A stretch of DNA of 63,712 nt, the filler included, from Pelomyxa schiedti (Eukaryota > Protista > Evosea): NCBI GenBank assembly GCA_020536535.1. It is 7 parts of 7 records of this genome, joined end to end, with 100 filler letters (N's around TTAATTAATTAA, not from the genome) between each part and the next. Parts side by side here need not be neighbours in the genome. Positions count along the whole stretch, not along the records: positions 34,528 to 39,594 come from JAHLWZ010000260.1; positions 39,695 to 54,675 come from JAHLWZ010001160.1; 5 more parts are not named here. One strand, 5' to 3'. The translations under genes and the position numbers were made by a program. Numbering within the stretch: the stretch's first letter is position 1; every line of letters starts with the position of its first letter. Positions 37,313-48,848 of this stretch are shown piece after piece. The notes below the pieces were generated by a model. It did no database searches, had not been told where the DNA came from, and was given only the letters and a program-made list of their open reading frames with translations.

Positions 37313-37876
37313 ATGGCACGAAGGGACTCGGGTACAGCTCGGATTGAGAAAACTAACTGGGGAGAATTAGGGGTGGAGCATCACCTTGTGTTGCACCTGA
37401 AAGGGTCCACCAAGGGCCTAGGTGCGGTCCCCGCAGCGGTAGCCGAGCAGATTCAGGCCGACGACGTCGCCGCCGTGGTGTGGGACGGCGACTCGTACGC
37501 CACTGGGTCGTTCACCTCCGCGCTCGTGCCTGCGATAGCGGCCGGCAAGGTCCTCGTGGCGTTCCTGCTGCCGCGCAGCGTGGGCCGGTTCGTGAAGAGC
37601 TGGGCGGGGCTGCTGCGCGACCTTGGCTACGACTGCCCCACCTGCTCGCCGGACGACTACGGAGGCCGCGCAGCGGACGTGCGCATCCGTTTCGTGGTGG
37701 CCGAGCCGGCGCAGGTGGAGGCGAGGAGGCGCACCAAGAGGTGCAGCGAGTGGGCGGCCCTGGGGTGCTACGCCCTGGACACCACGGGGGCGTCTAGAGT
37801 GGTATGCTGGGGAGGTGGGGCCGTGGCCAGGGAAGAGAGGTCTCTGTTCCCTCGTATCCAGTGGCTACAGTTCTAG
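37313..37876 (+). CDS. Intronless GC-rich hypothetical alpha/beta protein (VVWDGD motif)
   Basis: 187-aa ATG ORF with strong GC3 bias. Confidence 0.6.
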   Translation: MARRDSGTARIEKTNWGELGVEHHLVLHLKGSTKGLGAVPAAVAEQIQADDVAAVVWDGDSYATGSFTSALVPAIAAGKVLVAFLLPRSVGRFVKSWAGLLRDLGYDCPTCSPDDYGGRAADVRIRFVVAEPAQVEARRRTKRCSEWAALGCYALDTTGASRVVCWGGGAVAREERSLFPRIQWLQF

Positions 37877-37930
37877 AAATTCCGTAACTTTTGAAACCCA
37901 AAAAAACCACCAACCGAACAATTCCACGAA

Positions 37931-39327
37931 ATGATCATCGCTGTTGATAACGGCACCGACACTATCAAGGCAGGGCTGGGTGGATCCCCTATCCCTACTG
38001 TTGTTGTAGACACCATGCATCAAAGTAACCTGCCTCTTTTTTTTTTCTCCCCCTTCCATTTCATTTTTTTTTCACTAGCAGCTCGCACCGGTTCTGTCCG
38101 GCCCATCGAGAACGGTAGAGTTATAAACTGGGATGTGATGCAAGCATTGTGGGAGAGGGTATTCACTGGCCTTGGCGTGAATGTGCCAGAACATCCTGTT
38201 GTGATAACGGAACCACCTTTGCACCCAGCAGCCAACAGGGAGAAGATGACCCAGCTCATGTTCGAAGCATTTAATGTACCTGTCATGCAATCGGTGTATC
38301 AGGGTGTGGCTGCAGCTCTCTCCTGTGGATTATCCACATGTTCTGTGGTTAGCGTGGGGGAAACCACTTCGTACACAATGTCTGTGTATCAGGGATACTA
38401 TTTGCCTCATTCAGTTGGAACGTGGCAATTTGGGGGTCGAAACTTGACTCGTTATATGGTGAGGCTGCTCTCTGAGAGGGGGTACAACTTCTCTGTTGAT
38501 TCTGTGGAGAACTTTTCTGCTGCAAGGGGACTAAAGGAGAGAATGGGGTTCATCAGCCTGGACTTCGACTCCGACTCGGCGAACAGTCATTCCCTAGAAT
38601 CATCCTTTGCACTTCCGGATGGAAATAGCCTAACTGTAAGTAATGAGCGATTCAGGTGCCCAGAGGCATTGTTCTCTCCCTCCATGATTGGCTGTGAGCA
38701 CTTTGGAATTCACGAAATCCTGTTCAATACCATAATGAAGGGAGATAGTGACATCAGGCACGAACTCTTGGGGAATGTCGTTTTCAACGGTGGATCCTGC
38801 AGCTTCCCAGGCTTCTCAAAACGAATGGAAAAGGAGCTGACACAACTACTATCACCCGCCCAGCAGAGAATGNNNNNNNNNNNNNNNNNNNNNNNNNNNN
38901 NNNNNNNNNNNNNNNNNNNNNNNNNNNNNNNNNNNNNNNNNNNNNNNNNNNNNNNNNNNNNNNNNNNNNNNNAGAGGCATTGTTCTCTCCCTCCATGATT
39001 GGCTGTGAGCACTTTGGAATTCACGAAATCCTGTTCAATACCATAATGAAGGGAGATAGTGACATCAGGCACGAACTCTTGGGGAATGTCGTTCTCAACG
39101 GTGGATCCTGCAGCTTCCCAGGCTTCTCAAAACGAATGGAAAAGGAGCTGACACAATTACTATCACCCGCCCAGCAGAGAATGTTGAAAGTCACAGCACC
39201 AACAGCACCCAGGTTCTCTGATTGGGCCGGAGCCTGCGTAAAAGGCACCACTTCCAACCTACAGTGGATATCACGTCAGGCCTACGACGAGCACGGTCCT
39301 GCTATCATCCACCGCTTGTCTCTATGA
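37931..39327 (+). CDS. Divergent actin-like protein; intron 38025-38078; spans a scaffold gap
   Basis: DNGTDTIKAG, EHPVVITEPPLHPAANREKMTQLMFEAFNVP, LPDG...NERFRCPEALF and WISRQAYDEHGPAIIHR. Confidence 0.9.
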
Positions 39328-39694
39328 TACAGTGTTACTCCTTGTCAATCTTGTATCTCTAAAATTGTTCGGCTTTCACGGAAATGCATGAAAAAGAAAA
39401 CAGTCCTGGAAGGAAAAAGCAACCTTACAGTGCCTTCCTTGGTCGCGTCACTTCTAACATGGAAGATTAATATTCTAAAAAAAAAGGGTGGGGGCAAAAC
39501 TTATCAACACCTTACAGGTGACGACCTCGGGCTGCTTCTGCGACTCACAACGTGGCTGTCTGGTGTTGGGTATTTGTTCACCACACACCCCATGNNNNNN
39601 NNNNNNNNNNNNNNNNNNNNNNNNNNNNNNNNNNNNNNTTAATTAATTAANNNNNNNNNNNNNNNNNNNNNNNNNNNNNNNNNNNNNNNNNNNN

Positions 39695-40616
39695 TGACAT
39701 CTTGCTCTTCCCTGAGAAGCAATTCCACAATGTTCTGGTGCCCGGCTTCACAAGCAGCACTCAGAGCGGTCCGTTCCAGCTTCGAAATGTGGTTCAGCGA
39801 AGGTCTCATTGGCCGTGGCAGGCTCAAGAACTTATTGACGACGTCAATGTGCCCCCCCTTGCAAGCAACAACGAATCCCTCACATATCTCCTTGGCGTAA
39901 ACCGTGCTGCTCCCCATCGTTTCCAGCAGCAAATTGACAACTTCCAACACGCCGGCACCGCAAGCAGCGCACAGCGGAGTCTCCCCGGTCCCAGCAGCAA
40001 ACGCCAAGTTCGGCCTCATGTGAGGAGGGTTCAGCGCAATCAGCGCCGCCGCGATACCATAGAACCCCGCCTTGCAGGCAGCCACGAAGCTCCGCCCAAT
40101 CTCCTCCGGCGTGACCGAGCTCAGCGGCTTCTCCAGCAGCATGTCCACGATGTCAGAGTGCCCCCCTTGGCACGCGAACATAAGCAGGGTCCCCGCGGCC
40201 GAGTCGGCGCCGGGCTCCCTCATCAGCAGCCTCACGACGTCGGTGTGGCCCCCTTGGCAGGCGACCCCCACGGCGGTCTCGGTGACCACCCCCGGGGGCT
40301 GCGGGCCGCCCCCGCCGGCGCCGCTCGCGGCCGCGCTGCCGCCCTCGCAGGGGATCGGGTCGACGACCGAGGGCCGCAGGGGGCCCTTGTAGCTCGGGGC
40401 GGGGGGCTCGACGGGGAGCTGGAGGAGGCGCAGGACCAGGGAGACGTGGCCCCAGCGGCAGGCCGAGACGAGCCCGCGGGAGACCTCGGCGGGAGTCGGG
40501 ACGTTGGAGGTGGAGGACAGGAACTGGTCGACGCGGTCGAGCTGGCCGGTCTCGCACGCCGTCGCCCACCCGCTCAGCATCCCGCTCATCCTCTTGAAGA
40601 TGGAGAACCCCGACAT
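39695..40616 (-). CDS. Ankyrin-repeat protein, paralog of the N-terminus of the gene at 42112-45621 (truncated by contig end)
   Basis: ACQGGHTDVVRLL and TALSAACEAGHQNIVELLL; colinear similarity to 44740-45621. Confidence 0.85.
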
Positions 40617-40925
40617 TTTGTGTTTAGTACGAACACACAAAACGAGACGCGCCTCTGTTTTGTTTGGTAGTCTCTTTGCTTTGGTGGTGCGGTTTTTTTT
40701 TCTTTTTGGCGAGTTAGGAGAAAGCGGTGGTGTGATGAAATGATGATGGGAAGAACAAGTTGGTACACAGTTGGAAAAGTACGTCGACGGTTCTATGCGC
40801 AGTAGGTGGTTTTGTTCTATGTGTGTGTTTTTTAGTGTGCTATTGAGAATGCACTTATCTTGATCTATGGTGCGCGTTTTCGTGTTTGTTGTATCCTTAT
40901 TTTAATTACTTAAGAAGTAATTACT

Positions 40926-41945
40926 CTATGAACTTTTTGCAGCACAGGGTGGTTGTGAGTGTTGCTGCTGTTGTGCTGATTTGGGAGTGGTGACTGGCTG
41001 CATTGCTGTTGCTGGATATGCAACTTGAAACAGTCGCCCCACTTCATCATTTAGACAGCACTCGAGAGCTGTTTTTCTTTTCATGTTCTGTGCCCAACCC
41101 ACGTAAATCATGGCACATCCACAGCACAAACAGTAAGGGAGGAAAAGAAACCTTGATGTTGGTGTCAATCCTCACACATGAGAGAAGTCGTTCCACAATT
41201 TGAACATGTCCACCTCTGCAGGCATGGTGAAGTGCAGTCTGAGAGATCAAATTAAGTTTTGTGTAACAACAAAGAAGAAGACACATACTTCACCCTGTGA
41301 AATAAGCTGGGAACACAACAATAAATAAAAGTTCATACATCCTGAAAAAAAAAGTAAGCAACCATAAATTCCAAAAAGAGAAGAAAAAAAGCATAAGGGA
41401 GAATTTCATACTGCCTGATGGCAAGAAGGAACCGATGTGGTCCAAAATAATACATGAGAATAAATGGCAATAAGAGAAAATTGAAGCAAGTCAGAGAAAT
41501 TTACGAATAATATTCAGGAAGGTTTTACACACATCCTGTGAAGTGAGAGAATACAAGTTTGTTAGTGGTGACGAGGATTGTGTTGTGCACACACAACCAC
41601 AATCAAACCTGGAAATTGACATCGACATTCACTGCCAACAGGAACTCAACGCACCGTATTCTCCCACTAATCGCGGCCATATGCAGCACTGTCTGTGGTG
41701 TGGTGTCTCAACAAAAATCGAATCTTTAATTCATTATTATAAATTTATTAACTTTCACCTCTTCGCCAACGCACCACCCGCGATCTCCCGTAGATTACAG
41801 AGTTCAGAACCCCAGGGTCGCCATCCAGCAACAACCGCAGCATGTCGGTGTTGTCATCAAGTCCGGCGTTGAACCACTCCCTGGGCCCTACAACCACCGT
41901 AGGCGACGGCGCCCTGCTGCTGCTTGTGGTCGCTGCTCCCATCAT
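40926..41945 (-). CDS. Small spliced ankyrin-repeat protein
   Basis: Exons TVLHMAAISGRIRCVEFLL and TALHHACRGGHVQIVERLL. Confidence 0.7.
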
Positions 41946-42111
41946 GTCAACCACGATCAATCAATACAAGGGGGTACGGCACAACGGTTTACAAAACAAT
42001 AAAAACGAATTCGTTCATCTCAACTACAGGCTACTAGTGGCTGTTCAGAACAGTTCGGGTGGGTGTGATGATGCTTGTTTGCTCATTACGATGAGGATGA
42101 CGATGACGTGA

Positions 42112-44042
42112 TCAGCTGCTCGAAGTGAGGCGAGAGGGGAAGGAAGAAGCAGCCAAATCGGCGAGGCACTTTGTGACACACTCGTCAACGCGGTCGTCAT
42201 CAGCCCAGGGGCAAAATACAAGCTGCGCACACGTCATCAGCTGCTTTTCAATTGCCGAGAATGGTGGCCGGTTGTTCTCTGCGTTTGTTTGTTTGTTTGG
42301 AGTTTAGCCTTGCGATTACATAGGATGCTATTTTATGCGTGTATTTTAGGGTGTATCTATGCATCGAGTGTGGTGGCAGAATGGAAAGTGGGCGGGGGGA
42401 ACAAACCCAGAACTGAGAGGCAGTTATCAACAACAAGGCTGAACAAGCGAACGCAGGCTCCGGGAATGTTGGCGAACTTGGGTTCAGACCACAATTTGTC
42501 AAGGATCGCCTTGCGCCGTCCCAAGCACTCCGCAACTGCCATTTCGCCAACTTCGGGGTCTTGGCAAAGCCGGTTCACTTCTGTGTGTGTTGTCAGTGTG
42601 TGAATGATGGGGTGATGGACCGGAAACCAACCGGCAACGTCAAGGCCAGAGAGGAATGCGCATTGCTCTGAAATAAACTGAATAACCTTTGCTAAGCCCC
42701 TTGGAAGATCGGAATCCGGTATGCTGCCTTTCAGCATCTCGCCCAATAAAACGGCGAATTCCCACATGTCTCCTGTTGTGTGAAATGAGGCGATAAACTC
42801 GGCAACAAAAGAAGGTACTACCTTGCATTCCGTAGTGTATACCATACATCTGAGGTGCCAAATAAGGAGGAGTCCCGGCTCCTTTGGTCAAAGTGCCAAC
42901 AGTGGTAGCTTTGACCACGTGTGCCACACCTGTTGCGGGAACATATGTTATATATATATCTTGATTGTACAGAGGGTCAAAACCGAAATCAGTGATTTTT
43001 GGATTCCCTTGATAATCAAGGAGAACATTGTTGCTGCTCAGGTCTCTGTGCATCACAGACCTCCTGAAGACCATCAGAGTTAATTTTTCAGAAGAGTTGG
43101 AAGTGAACTTGTGAAGTGCGGACATCCCTCTGGCAATCCTCACAGAGAGTGCAATTATTTCTTGAAAGCTCAAACTTCTCTGTTCGTGAGCACTCAGTGA
43201 GCAAAGCAAATCAAAAAGGAAAGTGATGGGAACAAACTCGAGCAAGGAGCTGCCTGAGGCTCAATTCCATGAGTTCAGAAATGATTTGGAGTCCCCCGGT
43301 GCTGCTCGCGCATGTCCCGAGACAGCTCACGATATTCGGGTGCCTCAGTCTCGATGAAATCTGAGGGAGGAATGAGTTCTTTTTCAAAATTAATGGGTAA
43401 GAAGTACCACAGCTTCCTGTTGAAATTTGTTGTCCATGAAATCACTCCTGATGAGATCGTGAAGGGATTTCACAGCCACCTGTCTGTTTGTTTTGGTGTG
43501 GATGCACTTGGAAACGGTTCCATAAGACCCTGTTCCAAGTGTAGATACCACCTTCAGGTCCTCCTCTTGGATAGACATTGCCAAGGCGATCCGGACCTTG
43601 ATTTGCACAACCCTTCCTTCCACAGTGTCATTTTTTTGAAGGTCTGTCAACGTTCTTGTTGTGTTTGTCAGCCGTTCCTCTGCCGAGTTGTCTGCTCCAT
43701 CAGCTGAAATGATTTGTTCCTTGGGTTCAACGTCAAACTTTCTTGAAATGATGTTCTTGACAAGCTTTTTTGATTGAAGGAGATTGAGAAATGAAAGGGT
43801 TTGTTGGGTAAAGCAAGATACCATGTCAAGAGGACAAGAACAGCACACGGTTTCAACAAAAGGGGGGCATTCTTCCAACGAAATGCTGATTTGGCCCTTC
43901 TTGCAGTTGCCTTCAGGGGGAAAGTGGCACCACGATCCCCCTTCCACATGCATCAAAACGTGATCCGTGACTTTTTTTTGATGAGGTGCGGTTAACACAG
44001 AGTGAGTGAGGAATCCCGACACAAGGTAAATGGGTGTGTTTC

Positions 44043-44078
<36 letters not shown>

Positions 44079-45621
44079 GTTTTGGATTTCAAAACAGGTC
44101 TGTTGGTCCAGTTCTCTTGCTTTCAGATCCAATAACCTTTCTCCATTAATTGTTGTGATTTCCGCTTCCAGTTCTGTGATCCCTTTGACAGGTGTAAGGA
44201 TTTATATCACAAGTATGCATTGGGTAACTCTTCCGAAGTGCGAGCACTTCCTCGTTTTCTTTCCCTGCGTTCTTGGCTGGTTGAATATCTACAACAAGTT
44301 ATAAACATCACCAACAGTAAGCTTGGAATTTGCACCAGTTTGGGGAGGACTCTCTACCCTCGGTTTCTCAGGGACTCTCGACTGTTGGCGATCCAGTAAC
44401 AGTCGCGGAAGCTCCACACTGGTTGCTAGCAAACATGCATTAATTTTCAATCAGAAACACATTGGTCATACCGAAGTGATAGAGCTGCCACAACTTCGGA
44501 TATCCCCCAACTTTGCTCACCACGCTTTCTTGGCAATGTGGTGGGATCAACCCAGAATGTGAAATCAGAGCCCGGGCAACGAGGAAATCTTTGTCGGTCT
44601 GATTGTGAAGTATTGCAACCACGAGTGGCGTTTTGTTATCGAACATTTTGTTCTCGACAATGCTGGGATGCCGCAACAGGCTCTCGACTGTTTCAAGGTG
44701 ATTGTTCTTCGAGGCATACCACAGAGCGTTTCCGAGGTTTACATCTTGCTGTTCCTCCCTGATAAGCAAGTCCACCACGCTTTTGTGCCCAGCTTCACAG
44801 GCAGCGCTCAGAGCGGTCCTGTCAAACTTCGAAATGTGGTTCAGTGAAGGCTTCATGTACAAAGGCAGGTTCAAGAACTTGTTTACAACGGCCGCATGCC
44901 CCCCCTTGCAGGCAATCACGAGACCCTCGGCAATATCCTCGGTATAAACAGTGCTGCTTCCCATGGTGTCCAGCAGCAACCCGACGACTTCCAAGTGCCC
45001 GGCGCAGCAAGATACACCGAGAGGGGTCTCGCCGGTGTTGGTCTCGAACTTGGGACTCGGCCTCATGTGCGGAGGGTTCAGTCCAAGAAGTGCCGCCGCG
45101 ATCCCATAGAACCCCCCCTTGCACGCGGCCACGAGGCTCCTCCCAATCTCCTCCGGAGTGACCGAGCTCACTGGCCGCTCGAGCAGCAGTCCCACAATCT
45201 CCAGGTGGCCCCCTTGGCACGCGTGGAAAAGTGGCATCCCGGTGCCCAGCATGTCGACCCCGGCGGGCTCGGCCGCGGCCATCAGCAGCCTCGCGACCTT
45301 GACGTGGCCGCGCTGGCACGCGACCCCCAGCGGGGTCTCGGCGGCGCCTTTCCGGGGGAGGAGCGAGGGGCGGAAGGGGCCCGCGGCCCCTGGGAAGTCG
45401 GGGTTCCAGGCTGGCAGGCGCAGCAGCCACTCGACGACGTGGGCGTGGCCCTCGCGGCACGCCGAGAGGAACCCGCGGGCCATCTCGGACGGCGGCACCG
45501 CCACGTGGGAGGACGGCGCGAGGACCTCCTCCACGCGGTTGAGCTGCCCGCTGGTGCACGCCTCCGTGAACATGTACGACCCCGAGAGCACCCCGCTCAT
45601 GCGGTTAAGAAGGCCCGACAT
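42112..45621 (-). CDS. Ankyrin-repeat tyrosine-kinase-like (TKL) protein kinase
   Basis: N-terminal ankyrin repeats; kinase motifs LGTGSYGTV, VAVK, HPNIV, HRDLSSNNVL, DFG and GTPPYLAPQ. Linkage of the two halves through the 43600-44430 exons is inferred. Confidence 0.8.
44043..44078. repeat. Compound (TA)n(CA)n microsatellite, intronic
   Basis: Read directly from the sequence. Confidence 0.9.
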
Positions 45622-45812
45622 TGGTCGATGTGTGTGAGTGCTATGGGCGTTTCGTTGTTGCGACCGAAACGATTTGGTTGGAAAAAAGACCAAAGGACGA
45701 AGTGTGATGAGTTGCGTTTCTGTGATAATGCCATTCATTCTTGGAATTTTGTGCAAGGGGGCTTGGGGTGGGTTGTTGTGTGGTGTGTTATTGCAGTGTG
45801 TTGGGGGGAAGG

Positions 45813-48548
45813 CTACTCGTTGGTCTCACCGAGAAGTTCTTGGATTGTCCGGTTCATTTGCCGATTGTTCTTGAGCAGGACGCGGCGGTTCTCTTGCTCG
45901 TTGGGGAAGCCCATTGCCTTGAGCTCCGCCAGCTGCTTTTCCTCGGTTACAGGAGCCTCGGCGTGCTGGTGGGGAATGGTTAGTTACGGTTTAGAGACGG
46001 GAAGTGAAAGTCATAATTACCGAGGACATGGAGCTGTCCGCAGTTGGGGGAGTTGATTTGCTTGGATGGGCAGTAACATCAATCTGGTCGTGGTCAAACA
46101 AATCGCAACACACTCAAGAGCATCAACCTGAAGCATATCTCCAAATATTGTTTCGTCTGGTCCGCACAATTGCCAGTATCCAACAAATCTCCTTGGCTCC
46201 CGCACATCACTACCACTTGTTATAAGTTGGCCGGAAAATCAATGGAAATACACTGGGATAACGATATCTATTGCTACATCTATTTGTCTCCCAGAAAGAC
46301 ATGGCAGTACCGGTACCTTGTGCTTTTTTTAAAAAAAAGAATTATCAACTCGATGTAATACCTTGAAAGATGAGCCCATCCGTTCTCCAGTCATGAATCT
46401 TACGCGGCTGTGCTCTGGCCATGCAAAGGTCCGCGAATCATTTCTCAGTTTCCAAATTTTTACCTATAGTTTATATGTAAAGAGAAAGTTAACAACTTAA
46501 TTGAACAAAAAATACCAAAGATTCTCCCGCTTCCACAGCAGTTCCTGGAGGCAGCGTGACATCTTCAACGAACTAAAAAAAAAAAAGACAATGGGAAATT
46601 GGGGGTTATATAGCTCTATATCGGGAACCTTCGCCATCAAAGGACGCTGTCTCTGATCATCTTTTCCATACATCGCCTCATACTTATGGTCCACTGTCTT
46701 CTTACTGACCGCTTTACTGGGTTTTTGAGTCAAATAAGAAAATTGGCGTTGTTTTACCTTGTAGGGGATTGAAGAGAATAGGGTGTCAATCTTGAAGCAG
46801 GTGTGTCTGCAGATCTTACTTTCAAGAAAGGGTGTTGAGGGTCATGGTTTGTCTTTGGGTGTTATCGTTGTCATGTCAAATTACGAAAAGGCTGAAAATA
46901 CCCCATCTTCACAATTTGGGCAAAGGAAAAAGTTTGGACATATAGTGCACTTGAAAAAAACTGCAGGGGGTGTAAGAAAAAGAAGTAATGGCGTGATGTT
47001 GATGCATAACTCCAGTAAGAGAACCCCTACAAGCGCTGCACACACCACTGTTGCTTCTGTGTGACGCTGAAAAGTGAAGGGTTAAAAGACATTTCCTTTA
47101 CAGGAGTCAACCTGTGTGCTTCTTCACCGTAGACTTAGAGGTAGATTCATCATCTTCGTCCTCTTCCTCATCATCTTCCTCCTCTTCCTCATCATCCTCT
47201 TCATCACCTGTAGAAGGAGCTCCTATGGTGTTAGATAAGTCCAAAAAACTGTGTGTTGTGCGGTACCCCATGCTTTAGCAATACTTCCAGGAAGTTTGGC
47301 AAAAGTCATCCTACCAGTATTTGAGATGTCAGAAAGTAAATGTTTCAAGCAAACCCCGAGGGAGAAACAACACTTGTACTGCTTGCTTGTTGTTGCTGGG
47401 CACTCAATAAATATGACAACAAAGATGGTAGCATTGAGTTAATCGTTGGGATAGCCATAAGCTGACCCACAAGTGTTTCCACCTGTTGTTTGCGCTCTTG
47501 CCTAGAATGTTGTGTGAAACACGGAGGAGGCTTAAGAAAGAAAAACTCGTACTCATTAGGTGCAGGGAGTGATGACGATGTTGTTGTGGTTGTGGAAGTT
47601 GCATCTTTCTTTACCAGGTTGAGACTATCAAACTGGTCCAGAAGTTGTGACAACTCTCCAGAGTTAGTGCGTGCTGGGGAGACTTAAGTCCAGTTGAAAA
47701 GTTATTTCTAGATCCATACCAGCAGTTTTCAGAAACCTTTTTATATGGGGGACTGATGAAGCTCCATTGGCAATGATTGTGCAAAGACTGCTAATTTCAG
47801 CTGTTGATGGAAGTGCAACTGATGGTGCCGATGCAGGTGCTGTGGAAGGTAGAGGAATGGTTAAAGGAGTAGGAGTCGCTGCTCTGCATGAAATGTCACC
47901 AAACGCGAACCATGGTAAAAAAAAAAAGGAGGTATGTACATTGGAGTTGGCAACGGAGCTTGTTTAGAACCGAATCCAGTTCCCATCATCGACCCCAAGC
48001 TACTAATTCCCGAGAGACCGAACCGTGGTGCAGCTACAAGAAGGTAAGGAGGAGGGTGGAGAGGTAGGAATACAAACCAACAATGAAGTTAATGGTAGAG
48101 CTATGGGACAATGCATCAATCAGAACTGCCCCGAGCTCTTTATCGCCGTTGATGTCCTTAGTCACCTGGGAAAAATAAGGTAAGCACAAGGGTAACGCTG
48201 CGACCGAGATACAATTTCCACAGAGAATCTCAGGGGAAAATCAAACCCATTCGGATACAACAAGGAGCACGCCATATTCGCCAGGCCCATTCTCACAGCT
48301 TGCTTCATTTTCTCCACGCAGGGCCCGGCAGTTTCGCTTTGGTTGCACGCGGCAAGGAAGTCCTGAGAGACATAAACCTCAAGTCGCCGCGCGTTCGCCA
48401 CGTTCGTTTCTGACTCCATCCTCGCGGTGGCCGACAAAGTTGCAGTGTCGGCAGGTTTGTCAACCGCGGCCTGCACTTGTGTAGCCGACAGTAGTATTTT
48501 CACAGGTTGCGCCGCGCTCGCTGCTGCCGAAGCCGTAGTAGTTTGCAT
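45813..48548 (-). CDS. NBR1: NBR1-like selective autophagy receptor (PB1-like, ZZ zinc finger, FW domain, UBA)
   Basis: ZZ CSAC...FKCTICPNFFLCPNCE..HDPQHPFLK; FW VKIWKLRNDSRTFAWPEHSRVRFMTGERMG; UBA QLAELKAMGFPNEQENRRVLLKNNRQMNRTIQELL. Confidence 0.8.
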
Positions 48549-48848
48549 TGTTCCGACCAAGATCCAGACGAAGACAACAGCAGAGAAAAGAAAGAAACCG
48601 GCCGCTACGTCGCCAAACAAACGCGGGTGCCTTTACGGCTTTTAATTTAAAATTTTAATCAGAGATCTAGATCTGTTGTAGGAAAAAGGAAAAATTCTTC
48701 CTTTTCCAAGGTGTCATTCTGAGTGGCACTACTCCCCGGATCCCCATTTCGCTTTGTTTTTTCTCCCTCCGTTCATGCCATACCTGTCAAACAATTCGAA
48801 TCGAGAAAGGTGAAAGATCTTGAAGTTCATTGTGTGCAATAAACGAGA

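Noticed and set aside
39702-40670. Long antisense ORFs over GC-rich genes (also 44896-46056, 14413-15348, 864-1634 overlapping frame)
   Set aside because: Shadow frames caused by codon bias of the real genes.
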